Assembly: GCA_963817915.1 (NCBI GenBank)
Contig: CAWFQL010000012.1
Location: 512,001 to 576,000 of the forward strand
DNA: 64,000 nucleotides
Reading direction: 5' to 3'
Origin: an uncultured candidate division Zixibacteria bacterium
Lineage (GTDB): Bacteria; Zixibacteria; MSB-5A5; UBA10806
Position numbers and translations under genes: made by a program. Every line of letters begins with the position of its first letter. Position 1 is the first letter of the stretch. Shown here piece after piece: positions 41,988-51,422 of this stretch. Below the pieces are notes generated by a model. That model saw only the letters and a program-made list of their open reading frames with translations, was not told the origin of the DNA and ran no database searches.

Positions 41988-42860
41988 TTAGGTGAATTGA
42001 ATCACCAAAATTACCGCCAATAACCATAAAACCACACATAGCATTAACGGTATATCGGTGATCATTAGTTTCGTGGGATTGCCGCCTTCTTCTTTCTTAA
42101 ATATCAAATACAGATAGCGAAATATCCCGTACAGCACAAACGGGATAGTCAATGAAAGCCATTTAGTGCCGAATCGTGTCTCAATTTCAGGCGACATCGT
42201 GTAGAATGAATAAGCCACTACGGTCGATGCCGTAACTACCGAAATCATCTGATCCAAAAATGGAGTCGAATAATTCTCCAATGATTTTCTATGATCAATC
42301 GCGTTTACGCTCAAAAGCACCAATTCGTGGCGACGTTTTCCAAATGCCAGAAAGAGCGCCAATAATGTCGTACAAACCAAAAGCCATGGAGATATTGGAA
42401 CCGATATCGCTAAACCACCCGCGACCGCCCTTAAAACGAATCCAGCGGCTATTACCATTACATCTATGATTACAATTTGCTTCAAAATGGCAGAATATCC
42501 AAGATTAATTAATAAATAAACTATGAGACTTATCATAGTCGCCAGGTTGATATTAATCGAAATCACAATTGATGCTAGCCCTAAAAATGCCGATGCCGCC
42601 ACTGCTACAGATATCGGTACGTTGCCCGATGCTATAGGACGTTTCGATTTTATCGGATGATTTCTGTCTTTTTCTCTATCAAAGACATCATTCATTATAT
42701 AAACAGCCGATGATCCCAGACAAAAAGCGCCGAATGCCAATATAGCCAGGCCCCATTTATTGATATCATCGAATTCTACCGCGAATATCAATGCCGCAAA
42801 AATCACCAGGTTTTTTACCCAATGCCCCGGCCTCGCGCTGATAATTAAACCTTTAATCAT
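41988..42860 (-). CDS. UbiA-family polyprenyl-phosphate phosphoribosyltransferase
   Basis: RPGHWVKN, NDVFDREKDRNHPIKSKRPIASG, GFVLRA, KRRHE, GIFRY, GGNPT. Confidence 0.88.
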   Translation of the reverse strand: MIKGLIISARPGHWVKNLVIFAALIFAVEFDDINKWGLAILAFGAFCLGSSAVYIMNDVFDREKDRNHPIKSKRPIASGNVPISVAVAASAFLGLASIVISININLATMISLIVYLLINLGYSAILKQIVIIDVMVIAAGFVLRAVAGGLAISVPISPWLLVCTTLLALFLAFGKRRHELVLLSVNAIDHRKSLENYSTPFLDQMISVVTASTVVAYSFYTMSPEIETRFGTKWLSLTIPFVLYGIFRYLYLIFKKEEGGNPTKLMITDIPLMLCVVLWLLAVILVIQFT

Positions 42861-42920
42861 AATTGATTATACTTAAGATTCATTGAATTTAAAAGCGTTG
42901 AATATTGTTCGTATCATTAA

Positions 42921-44327
42921 TTATAATCTTAGCTTTGAAATAAATTCTTCCACTTCAGGCACGCCGCCCTGCAATATCAGATAGCCATCGAATGGCTCTC
43001 GTTCGGTAATCTCACCCGAAAACGGCTTGAGCATCATCTCCTGAACTTCTTCGAGATTATGCGTATGCCCCAAGACCCATCCGAGTTTAACATAGGCTAC
43101 TTCAGGCAGCATATTGCCTGTTGGTACTACGCCTAAGTGCATTAAATCTCTGCCGGTGTCATAAACGAACATCTGCACATAGCCCCAGAGTGTCTGCACT
43201 GTCATATAGACCGCAACACCCTTTTGCACGGCTTTCTTCAATGGCTCATAAAGCGGTTTGTTGACATGTCCTAATCCTGTACCTGCTATTACAATTCCTT
43301 TATAGCCGTTGTCAACCAGGCTTTCGATAATATCCGGTTTCATGTTCGGGTAATAATACACAATAGCCACTCTATCATCGAAAACCGAATCCACCAGTAC
43401 TTCCCGATCTTTACGCCGTTTTTTAAATACGTCTCTTACCGGCGTCATCTTGCCAGGTTCTACCATTGCCAATGGCACATCACCAATCGTCCTGAATGTC
43501 GAACGATACGATGAATGCATCTTTCTGACGCGCGTGCCCTGATGGAGCAAGTTATATTTATCCGATGTCGGTCCATACATACAGACCATCACTTCCGCGA
43601 TATCAGCGTAAGCCGCGGTCCAGACCGCGCAGCGAAGATTGAAGGCCGCGTCCGATGATGGTCTGTCGGATGATCTTTGCGAGCCAACCATCACGATCGG
43701 CACTGGCGAATTCTGCACCATGAATGATAATATTCCCGCCGTGTGATGCATCGTATCGGTACCATGCCCGATTACTATGCCATCGACTCCATTGCGGATT
43801 TCCCGGCCGATCGCTTCTGCGGTAATTTGCCATTGCTCCGGCCCCATGTTTTCTGAAAAAATCCCGAATAGCTTTTCTGTTTTGAGATTCGAAATATCAG
43901 CCAATTCCGGCACGGCTCCATATAGCTCGCCGGGGCTGAATGCCGGAATAACTGCGCCTGTTCTGTAATCAAGTCTTGACGCAATAGTGCCGCCTGTTCC
44001 AAGCAGGGTGACATTCGGCTTGTCAGGATCGACAGGAAAATCCTTTTCGGGGATTTTGTAATGAGCTTCCTTATAGCCGACCTCTTTGGCTTCGCGAATT
44101 GTAGTCGCCAGTATTCCGATATTATAGCCGTTATGCATCTTGAGCACGATATGCCTGTCGTCCGCTGTTTCCGTGCGGGGCAGAATTATTCCCTTAAATG
44201 AGCCCCTGTCCGTCGTAATTTCGACATCAGACCAGACCTTGACTCCAAGCTCTTTGAGCTTGGCCAGCGATAATCCCTTGTAACCTTTATAAGTTGTCGA
44301 ATCGTTGTTGATCGTATTTTGTGACAT
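42921..44327 (-). CDS. gatD: Glu-tRNA(Gln) amidotransferase subunit D (archaeal type)
   Basis: GatD N-domain (KGIILPR...HIVLKMHNGYNIG), TGGTIASRLDYRTGAV, HGTDT, GSQRSSDRPSSD, RVRKMHSSYR, MLPEVAYVKLGWVLG. Confidence 0.9.
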   Translation of the reverse strand: MSQNTINNDSTTYKGYKGLSLAKLKELGVKVWSDVEITTDRGSFKGIILPRTETADDRHIVLKMHNGYNIGILATTIREAKEVGYKEAHYKIPEKDFPVDPDKPNVTLLGTGGTIASRLDYRTGAVIPAFSPGELYGAVPELADISNLKTEKLFGIFSENMGPEQWQITAEAIGREIRNGVDGIVIGHGTDTMHHTAGILSFMVQNSPVPIVMVGSQRSSDRPSSDAAFNLRCAVWTAAYADIAEVMVCMYGPTSDKYNLLHQGTRVRKMHSSYRSTFRTIGDVPLAMVEPGKMTPVRDVFKKRRKDREVLVDSVFDDRVAIVYYYPNMKPDIIESLVDNGYKGIVIAGTGLGHVNKPLYEPLKKAVQKGVAVYMTVQTLWGYVQMFVYDTGRDLMHLGVVPTGNMLPEVAYVKLGWVLGHTHNLEEVQEMMLKPFSGEITEREPFDGYLILQGGVPEVEEFISKLRL

Positions 44328-44332
44328 ACTCC

Positions 44333-44800
44333 CTAAGTCCGTTTGTACATCCAGGTCAGAAGGTGATTGAATCCCAACTTTTCCCAGAAATTAATAGTGT
44401 TGATATTTTCCCTCGCCACCAAAAGCTCAATCTGATTGATTCTTCGTTTCCCAAAAAACTTCATGGCGTCATTCACCAGCATTTCGCCAATGCCTTGACG
44501 GCGATATTCTGGCTTAACATATAGATCGCCTATAAAGCCGAATCTTTCGAGTTTGAAGTATTTTGGTTTTGTCGAGACATAGCAAAAACAGAATCCTACC
44601 AATTCATTGTCAATCTCCGCTAATAGAAGGCTGGCATCGGGATCGTTAAAACGTTCATTCATCTCGGTTAGAAAAATCTTTTTGGCATCCTTTTGAATCG
44701 AAAAAGAATTATTCATCTGGCTATTGTAAGCCATAAAATCTTCCCAGAGTTGACTGATTTTTAATATCTCATCTTCTCTGGCTTTTCTGATATTAGCCAC
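44333..44800 (-). CDS. GNAT N-acetyltransferase
   Basis: LYVKPEYRRQGIG, N...FWEKLGF. Confidence 0.88.
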   Translation of the reverse strand: MANIRKAREDEILKISQLWEDFMAYNSQMNNSFSIQKDAKKIFLTEMNERFNDPDASLLLAEIDNELVGFCFCYVSTKPKYFKLERFGFIGDLYVKPEYRRQGIGEMLVNDAMKFFGKRRINQIELLVARENINTINFWEKLGFNHLLTWMYKRT

Positions 44801-44902
44801 GCGCTAACGTTAATTCCGTTGGCCTATAATGTCAAGCGCTGAAATCGATTGAGTGAATTCATGAGACTTGACTATCTGCCATATTAAAAGTAGATTTGCG
44901 TC

Positions 44903-45103
44903 ATGTCGTCATCGCTCGTCGAATTTTTCAAGGCTCATCCGTTCTTAGGGGTTTTTATCATTGTATTTATGGTGCTCCCCATGATCGGCGCTGTCGTTCA
45001 TATCATCTTAAAAGCCATGGGCAAAAAGGGGATTGACAACAGTGAGACCGATTCCGAAATGCCGCCGCCCGATGACGACGATGATTCTATTCCTAAGTCT
45101 TGA
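44903..45103 (+). CDS. Small single-pass membrane protein
   Basis: One hydrophobic helix and acidic tail; upstream TTGACT...TAGATT promoter-like sequence very close to the start. Confidence 0.55.
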   Translation: MSSSLVEFFKAHPFLGVFIIVFMVLPMIGAVVHIILKAMGKKGIDNSETDSEMPPPDDDDDSIPKS

Positions 45104-45320
45104 TCAATTTTTGATACTTTTACGAAATCAACATAAGACTTATCAGCTTTTGATCAGTTAATTATTACCGGGAAATTGTTGGAAATAAACCATATATATA
45201 GTCCAATTCCGATAAGAAATTTTGAAATTTCAGCCGTGTTTCATTTGCGATAAAATCTAACTATCAATAAACTAACGCCTTAATAAGCCGGTTTCATTTA
45301 GCCATATCACGAAGGGATTG

Positions 45321-45334
45321 GGAACGCCACTTGC
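45321..45334 (+). promoter_or_regulatory. Sigma54-type -24/-12 promoter candidate
   Basis: GGAACGCCACTTGC (GG-N10-GC with TTGC). Confidence 0.5.
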
Positions 45335-45446
45335 ATTTATTACATCGTAGTAATGTTCAAAGGTTAAGCAAATGGTGTTCCTGCCGATAACAGATATGGT
45401 TCTTTCTAAACCGGATTACGGCAGGACGCCCTAAATAGGAGGCGTC

Positions 45447-45587
45447 ATGGCCAAGCGAAGAAAACCTCAAGTAAAGTTACCCGAGAAAACTTGCTGGCAT
45501 CTCTATAGCCTGCAGAATCTCAACGCTGAAAAGTTCATCAAGGTAGTCGGCAAGATTCTGAAACGAGATTATCTCGTAATTAAATAG
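45447..45587 (+). CDS. Small basic protein, 46 aa, below ORF-track cutoff
   Basis: AGGAGG RBS; MAKRRKPQVKLPEKTCWHLYSLQNLNAEKFIKVVGKILKRDYLVIK*. Confidence 0.6.
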   Translation: MAKRRKPQVKLPEKTCWHLYSLQNLNAEKFIKVVGKILKRDYLVIK

Positions 45588-45660
45588 TCAGAAATGCCTT
45601 GACAGTTTTCTCATGAAAAGATAAATTTCCTCGTCTTTTTGGTTGAAAGAGGGGACGCTG

Positions 45661-46575
45661 ATGGTTTCGAAAAAATTTAGTGTAATTATCGTTCCGAAAG
45701 AGAGCGGTAAAATGATCTCGGGCGAGTTCAGCCAACGAACCCTGGCACTCGCTTCTGCGTTAATTTCGATTTTTATCCTGGCCAGTATATATTTTACGAT
45801 CGGATTCCTGAAATCCAACATCGATAGAAAAAAGATGGCCAGCCTCGTTACGGAAAACCGGACTCTATCTGCCAAAGTCGGCAGCCTGGAATCCGCGGTT
45901 GCCATGCTTAAAGATGATGTCACCAAAATTATCACTCAGGACGAAAATATCCGTCTTGTTTTTGATCTGCCTCCAGTAGATCCCGAAATCAGACAGGTGG
46001 GTATCGGCGGTGAATCGGCGGAAACTCCGACTTTTAGTTCCAAAGCCGAAGAACGAGCCTGGATGGTCGAGGGTGATATCAACAAGCTCGACAGGCAGCT
46101 CAATCTCGAAAATGCGTCATTCGATGATATCTACACCAAAGTCCAGAGCAAGAAAGAAATTCTGGATCATACGCCTACAATTCAGCCTTGCGATGGCCGA
46201 TTCTCGCGCGGCTACGGCATGCAAAGAGATCCATTCACCGGCCTTTTCCAATCTCATAATGGTATCGATATCGCCGCTCCTCGCGGCACACCGGTCTATG
46301 CTACCGCGGCGGGCGAAGTAGTTTTTGCCGGATATCAGAATGATATGGGAAATTATATTAGAATAAATCATGGCAACGGTATCGAATCATGCTATGGCCA
46401 TCTGAATAAAATCAATGTCAGAACCGGCCAAAATGTTGACAGGCGCGACCTGATAGGATTTGTCGGTTCAACCGGATATTCCACCGGCCCTCATCTTCAT
46501 TATGAAGTGCATGAATTCTCACGAGCCGTCAACCCTAATAAATATATAATTAAGTTGCTTTTAACCGGGCTTTAG
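45661..46575 (+). CDS. M23 family metallopeptidase
   Basis: TM helix, coiled coil, HNGID, YGHL, STGPHLHYEV. Confidence 0.92.
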   Translation: MVSKKFSVIIVPKESGKMISGEFSQRTLALASALISIFILASIYFTIGFLKSNIDRKKMASLVTENRTLSAKVGSLESAVAMLKDDVTKIITQDENIRLVFDLPPVDPEIRQVGIGGESAETPTFSSKAEERAWMVEGDINKLDRQLNLENASFDDIYTKVQSKKEILDHTPTIQPCDGRFSRGYGMQRDPFTGLFQSHNGIDIAAPRGTPVYATAAGEVVFAGYQNDMGNYIRINHGNGIESCYGHLNKINVRTGQNVDRRDLIGFVGSTGYSTGPHLHYEVHEFSRAVNPNKYIIKLLLTGL

Positions 46576-46600
46576 TCCGACGCCCGATTTATGGATAATA

Positions 46601-46626
46601 GACCCCTCTACCCGAGGGGTTTTTTT
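46601..46626 (+). terminator. Rho-independent terminator
   Basis: GACCCCTC-TACCC-GAGGGGTT plus T run. Confidence 0.75.
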
Positions 46627-46661
46627 ATTGTTAATAATTTTATTTGATGTATATTTCCAAA

Positions 46662-47093
46662 ATGGAAAAAGCCCTCATATCTCGATGCCTCCTCGGCGAA
46701 AAATGCCGCTGGGATGGACAAATTATCAAATACGATGTCGATAACATGCGGCAATCCAACGAGTTCGTGGCTATTTGCCCGGAGATGGATGGCGGTCTGT
46801 CATGTCCCAGACCAAAAGCCGAAATTCATAATGGAGATGGATTTAATGTACTTGATGGCAAATCCAGTGTCCTGAATGCTGAAGGAGCAATTATTACCGA
46901 TAATTATTTAAAGGGGGCACAAAGGGCCCTGAATTTGGCGTTAACGATGAATATAAGAAAGGTGCTGTTGAAAGATAAAAGCCCTTCCTGCGGCGTTAAG
47001 CATATATACAATGATGGAAAGCTGATTGACGGTATGGGAGTAACGGCGGCGTTGCTACAACGTCATAATTTGGAGTTGATTTCAATCGAATGA
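46662..47093 (+). CDS. DUF523 (2-thiouracil desulfurase-like) protein
   Basis: SRCLLGEKCRWDG, CPE-GGL-PR, KSPSCG, GVTAALL. Confidence 0.88.
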   Translation: MEKALISRCLLGEKCRWDGQIIKYDVDNMRQSNEFVAICPEMDGGLSCPRPKAEIHNGDGFNVLDGKSSVLNAEGAIITDNYLKGAQRALNLALTMNIRKVLLKDKSPSCGVKHIYNDGKLIDGMGVTAALLQRHNLELISIE

Positions 47094-48022
47094 ATAATAA
47101 GAATCATCACAATCATGAAGGACACGATCATCTTGAAACCGGCAATAAGATAGCCGGGAAGCTGACCTGGGCTCTGATAATCACAATTGCTCTTTTTGTT
47201 GCTGAGCTTATCGGCGGAATTATGACAAATTCCTTGTCGCTCAAATCCGATGCTGGCCACTTATTCGGCGATGTCTTGGCCTTAGGTTTATCGCTATTCG
47301 CGGCCAGGATAGCGTTACTGCCTCCTTCTTCGAAGAGAACCTACGGATATCACAGGGTCGAAGTCCTTGCGGCTGTTTTTAATGGTGTCACGCTTTTCGT
47401 ATTGGCCGGCTATATATTTTATGAAGCGTACCAACGTCTTATTCATCCGGAGCCTGTCAAATCCGCGGGAATGCTGATTATCGCCATAATTGGTTTGGCG
47501 GGGAATCTTTTTGTAATGATGAAACTTCACGGCTCATCACAGCATAACCTGAATGTTCGCGCCGCTTACCTGCATGTTGTAGGCGATATGCTGGGCTCTG
47601 TGGGAGTCGTCGCAGGCGGCCTCATAATGATTTTTTCCAACAATTATCTGGCCGATCCTCTAATATCATTTTTTATCGGAGCGATAATCCTATACGGCGC
47701 GTTCGGAGTGCTCAGGGAGGGTGCCAATATTCTACTGGAAGGAATGCCTGTTTCGATAAAATACAAAGAGCTGATGGCTGATCTGGAATCGCTCGAAGGC
47801 GTCGTATCAATTCATGACCTGCATGTTTGGACCATCTCCTCATCGAACCTTTCGCTTTCCGCCCATGTCAAAATACCGGATCAGTTGACACATTCATCCC
47901 AGCAGGTTCTCCAGAAGATAAATGATATGCTGCAGTCGAAATACAATATTTATCATACCACGATTCAGCTTGAATGCGATTGTTGCGAGGGTGTCGAGTG
48001 CGGATGCGGAAGCCCCATCTAA
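47090..48022 (+). CDS. czcD: Cation diffusion facilitator transporter (CzcD/ZitB-like)
   Basis: His-rich N-terminus, SDAGHLFGD, AAYLHVVGD, HDLHVW, HTTIQLE. Confidence 0.9.
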   Translation: MNNKNHHNHEGHDHLETGNKIAGKLTWALIITIALFVAELIGGIMTNSLSLKSDAGHLFGDVLALGLSLFAARIALLPPSSKRTYGYHRVEVLAAVFNGVTLFVLAGYIFYEAYQRLIHPEPVKSAGMLIIAIIGLAGNLFVMMKLHGSSQHNLNVRAAYLHVVGDMLGSVGVVAGGLIMIFSNNYLADPLISFFIGAIILYGAFGVLREGANILLEGMPVSIKYKELMADLESLEGVVSIHDLHVWTISSSNLSLSAHVKIPDQLTHSSQQVLQKINDMLQSKYNIYHTTIQLECDCCEGVECGCGSPI

Positions 48023-48104
48023 ATTTCTGTACCCTATTTTTTAATGCTGTTTTAAGCAACTTTAAGCGAACGATTGAGTATAAAAAAACCGAGCAGGAAA
48101 AATT

Positions 48105-49628
48105 ATGAGACGATTTAAGGGATTAATTTTAATGATCATTATCGGAGCCATCCTTGGCGCGGTATTTATGTTAGTAATTTTGGGTCACTTCCCATCATTT
48201 TCAGGCAAATCGTCTCAGCCTCAAAATCCTCAGGCAATCGGCAACTCATCCGAAATCGACACTGGCACGATTCAGCAAAATAATAATCTGGATATCGCCG
48301 AAGATAATATCACATCGACAAGAAAAAATTCTATAGTCAAAGCCTCTCAAAAAGTCGGCCCAGCGGTTGTTTCGCTTTCAGTAGTGCAAGTAGTTCAAGC
48401 CAGGACACAATCACCATTTGGCTCCGATTTCTGGGATTTCTTCTTCCTGCCGCCGCCCGCCCGTGAACGGCAGGTGCTGTCGTTAGGCTCAGGCGTGATA
48501 ATTAATCCCGAAGGGTATATACTTACCAATTACCATGTGGTCGATGGAGCGCAGGAGATAAAAGTCACTCTCACAAATGGCGACGAACTACCCGGCAAGC
48601 TTGTCGGGAGCGATCCGGTTACCGATTTGGCCGTAGTAAAAATATTGGCTGACAACAAGCATTTCCCGAACGCCTCTTTAGGCAATTCCGATGATCTTAT
48701 CAGCGGTGAATGGGCCATAGCAATCGGCAATCCATTCGGCTATCTGCTTGATGATCCCCAACCTACTGTCACTGTCGGCGTAATTTCCGCGGTCAATCGC
48801 GATATAAAGCCCGAAAAGGGGCAGGTCGCTGTCTATCGCAAGATGATTCAGACCGATGCCGCGATCAATCCGGGCAATTCCGGAGGCCCGCTTGTCAACG
48901 CCCTTGGCGAAGTAATCGGTATCAATACATTCATTTTTACATCGAGCCGTGGCTCCGAGGGAATTGGATTCGCGATTCCGATAAATCGCGCGAAAATTGT
49001 GATTTCCGATCTTTTGAAATATGGCGAGGTCGTGAAAAGCTGGATCGGACTGCAGGTTCAAAATATCACGCCTGCCCTGGCTCAGAGTATGAATATCGAT
49101 CGCACCAAGGGAATCGTCATTACTTCGATTGCCGATAATTCTCCGGCTTCTAAAGCCGGCTTTAAGGTTGGAGATGTTCTGATAGCGGCGGGCAAGGCGG
49201 AAATATCCAGAACACCGGATTGGGAAGAGGTTGCCAACTACGCCAGAGTCGGAAGAGAATTGCCTGTCGAAGTATTGCGTGATCGTAAGGAATATACTAT
49301 AAATGTAGTCCCCGATGAAATTCCCACAAGGAATGCCGCCCATAAATCCGACAAATTCGGAGTCGAGGTTGCGCAGATCACTCATGATGTGGCAAGCTAC
49401 ATGGGAATAAAGGACCCTCAGGGAGTGCTGGTAATGGGTGTCAAGGACTCCGAGACCGCTTCCAGTTGGGGACTTCAGGAAGGCGATATTATCCGCCAAA
49501 TAGGAAACCGCAAGATTGCCGGGCTCGATGATTATTTATCGATCATGTCTAAAATAGAACATGGCTATAGAATCGTAATTACGATTGAGCGCGATGGCAA
49601 TATGTACTTCATTCAAGCGATAACTTAA
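48105..49628 (+). CDS. degP: DegP/HtrA (Do-family) serine protease with two PDZ domains
   Basis: GSGVII, LTNYHVV, DLAVV, QTDAAINPGNSGGPL. Confidence 0.92.
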   Translation: MRRFKGLILMIIIGAILGAVFMLVILGHFPSFSGKSSQPQNPQAIGNSSEIDTGTIQQNNNLDIAEDNITSTRKNSIVKASQKVGPAVVSLSVVQVVQARTQSPFGSDFWDFFFLPPPARERQVLSLGSGVIINPEGYILTNYHVVDGAQEIKVTLTNGDELPGKLVGSDPVTDLAVVKILADNKHFPNASLGNSDDLISGEWAIAIGNPFGYLLDDPQPTVTVGVISAVNRDIKPEKGQVAVYRKMIQTDAAINPGNSGGPLVNALGEVIGINTFIFTSSRGSEGIGFAIPINRAKIVISDLLKYGEVVKSWIGLQVQNITPALAQSMNIDRTKGIVITSIADNSPASKAGFKVGDVLIAAGKAEISRTPDWEEVANYARVGRELPVEVLRDRKEYTINVVPDEIPTRNAAHKSDKFGVEVAQITHDVASYMGIKDPQGVLVMGVKDSETASSWGLQEGDIIRQIGNRKIAGLDDYLSIMSKIEHGYRIVITIERDGNMYFIQAIT

Positions 49629-49825
49629 TCAATTATTTCCCTCCGTTTACAATCTAATAGCCGGGGCTTTCCAGCCCCGGAAATAAGTGCAACTTATAAT
49701 AAGGTCGCCTATAATCGATATTTAATTAGATACCGAATTTAATATGCATTGTGTATTTTTCCATAATCATCTAATTGACATCGAATCACTTTTCACTGAT
49801 ATTGCGACGTTACATTTATTCCGCG

Positions 49826-49853
49826 TGTCGTCGGGTCGCCGTACCCGACGACA
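49826..49853. repeat. REP-like palindrome (same family as the 34136-35063 copies)
   Basis: TGTCGTCGGGT-CGCCGT-ACCCGACGACA. Confidence 0.75.
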
Positions 49854-49905
49854 TATCGGCAATAATGACTAGGGCGGAAACACGCTATTGTAAGGTGTAT
49901 AATGT

Positions 49906-51280
49906 ATGGAAAATTCGCTAAAAAGAAATCAAATAATCAAATTGGAGATCGAAGACCTGGCGTTTGGCGGCATGGGAGTCGCCAAGGTCGATAATTTCGT
50001 GGTCTTTGTCGAATCGGGGCTTCCGGGTGATATTGTCGAAGTCACTATACGACGTATCAAAGGCAATTTTGCCGAAGCCAGAATTAATAATATTCTGACA
50101 CCTTCATCTCATCGTATAGCCCCGGTCTGCGAGCATTTCGATTACTGCGGTGGCTGCAAATGGCAAAATCTCGAATATGCGATTCAAAAAAAATACAAAG
50201 AAGATCAGGTTCGTTCGGCGCTGATTCATCTGGCCGGTATCGCCGATCCACCGGTCGAACCGATTATCAGCGCGCATAAGATTTATTATTATCGCAATAA
50301 GATGGAATTTTCATTTCATGTGGGAGAGAAAGGCGAAACTCTTCTTGGGTCTTCATGTCGCGGGGAGATTCCAGGATATCTTCCAGCTCAACAAATGTCA
50401 TCTGCAATCCGAGCTTTCCAATGAAATAGTAAAGTATGTCAGAAGCCGTTCGGTGGAGCTCGGACTGCCTCCCTATCATATTGTCACCCATCAGGGCTTT
50501 CTGAGATTTCTTGTCATCCGCGAAGGCAAATTTACAAACCAGACATTGATCAACTTTGTAACCGGTCAGGGTGATTATCCCAATCTAAAAATTCTGGCCT
50601 CGGAGATCGCGGAACTGTTCAAGCCTGTGGTTTCGATCTCTCAGACTATCAACTCCGCCAAGGCCAATATCGCTCGTGGAAGCGAGACCATTCTTCTGCA
50701 CGGGATTGACCATATTCATGAGATTCTCGGTGAACGAAAATATCGAATTTCGGCGAGTTCATTCTTCCAGACGAATAGTTATCAGGTCCAGAGATTATAT
50801 GACCTTGCAGTTGAATTAGCCCAGCCCGAAAGATTCGAAAATATGCTTGATCTCTATACAGGCACCGGGACTATCGCCATCTATTTCGCGGGAATGGTTA
50901 ATAAGGTAACCGGTGTCGAGTCAGTGGAAGCGGCAATTGAAGATGCCAAGATCAATGCCAGACTCAATTCTGTCTCCAATTGCGATTTCCTGGCGGCCAA
51001 TGTCGAGGATTTCCTCAAAAATGAAGCTCTGTCGGATAGAAAATATAATATCGTAGTGCTCGACCCGCCGCGCGCCGGATGCCATCCTGATGTGATCAAA
51101 GCGTTAATAGCCATGAAGCCCCAAAAAATTGTCTATATCTCCTGCAATCCCGCGACACTCGCCAGAGATCTCAAAATGCTTCTTGAAAATGAATACAACC
51201 TCGATAGGGTTGTGCCAATCGATCTTTTTCCTCATACTTATCATATCGAAGCCGCCTGTCGATTGAGCTTAAAAAAATAA
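49906..51280 (+). CDS. rlmD: 23S rRNA m5U1939 methyltransferase (frameshift near 50345)
   Basis: TRAM domain, CEHFDYCGGC, YRNKMEF, SFFQTN, LDPPRAG, YISCNPATLARD, DLFPHT. Confidence 0.92.
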
Positions 51281-51422
51281 CTATTATATATCCTTGGCCG
51301 CGAAGGTCAGATCGCTATAACGTCATAGAAAATATCAGGTTAGCGTAGGCCCGTTCGATTCCAAAATAATATCCGAAATTCTTCATATATTTCCGCCCGA
51401 TGCCGATAATATTATAGACATT

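Noticed and set aside
48678..49499. 273-aa antisense ORF and the other shadow ORFs inside long genes
   Set aside because: They overlap well-supported genes in other frames or on the opposite strand and have no motifs of their own.
51402..51409. Sigma28-like GCCGATAA upstream of the Mre11-like gene
   Set aside because: The -35 match (TCAT) is poor; not enough support.
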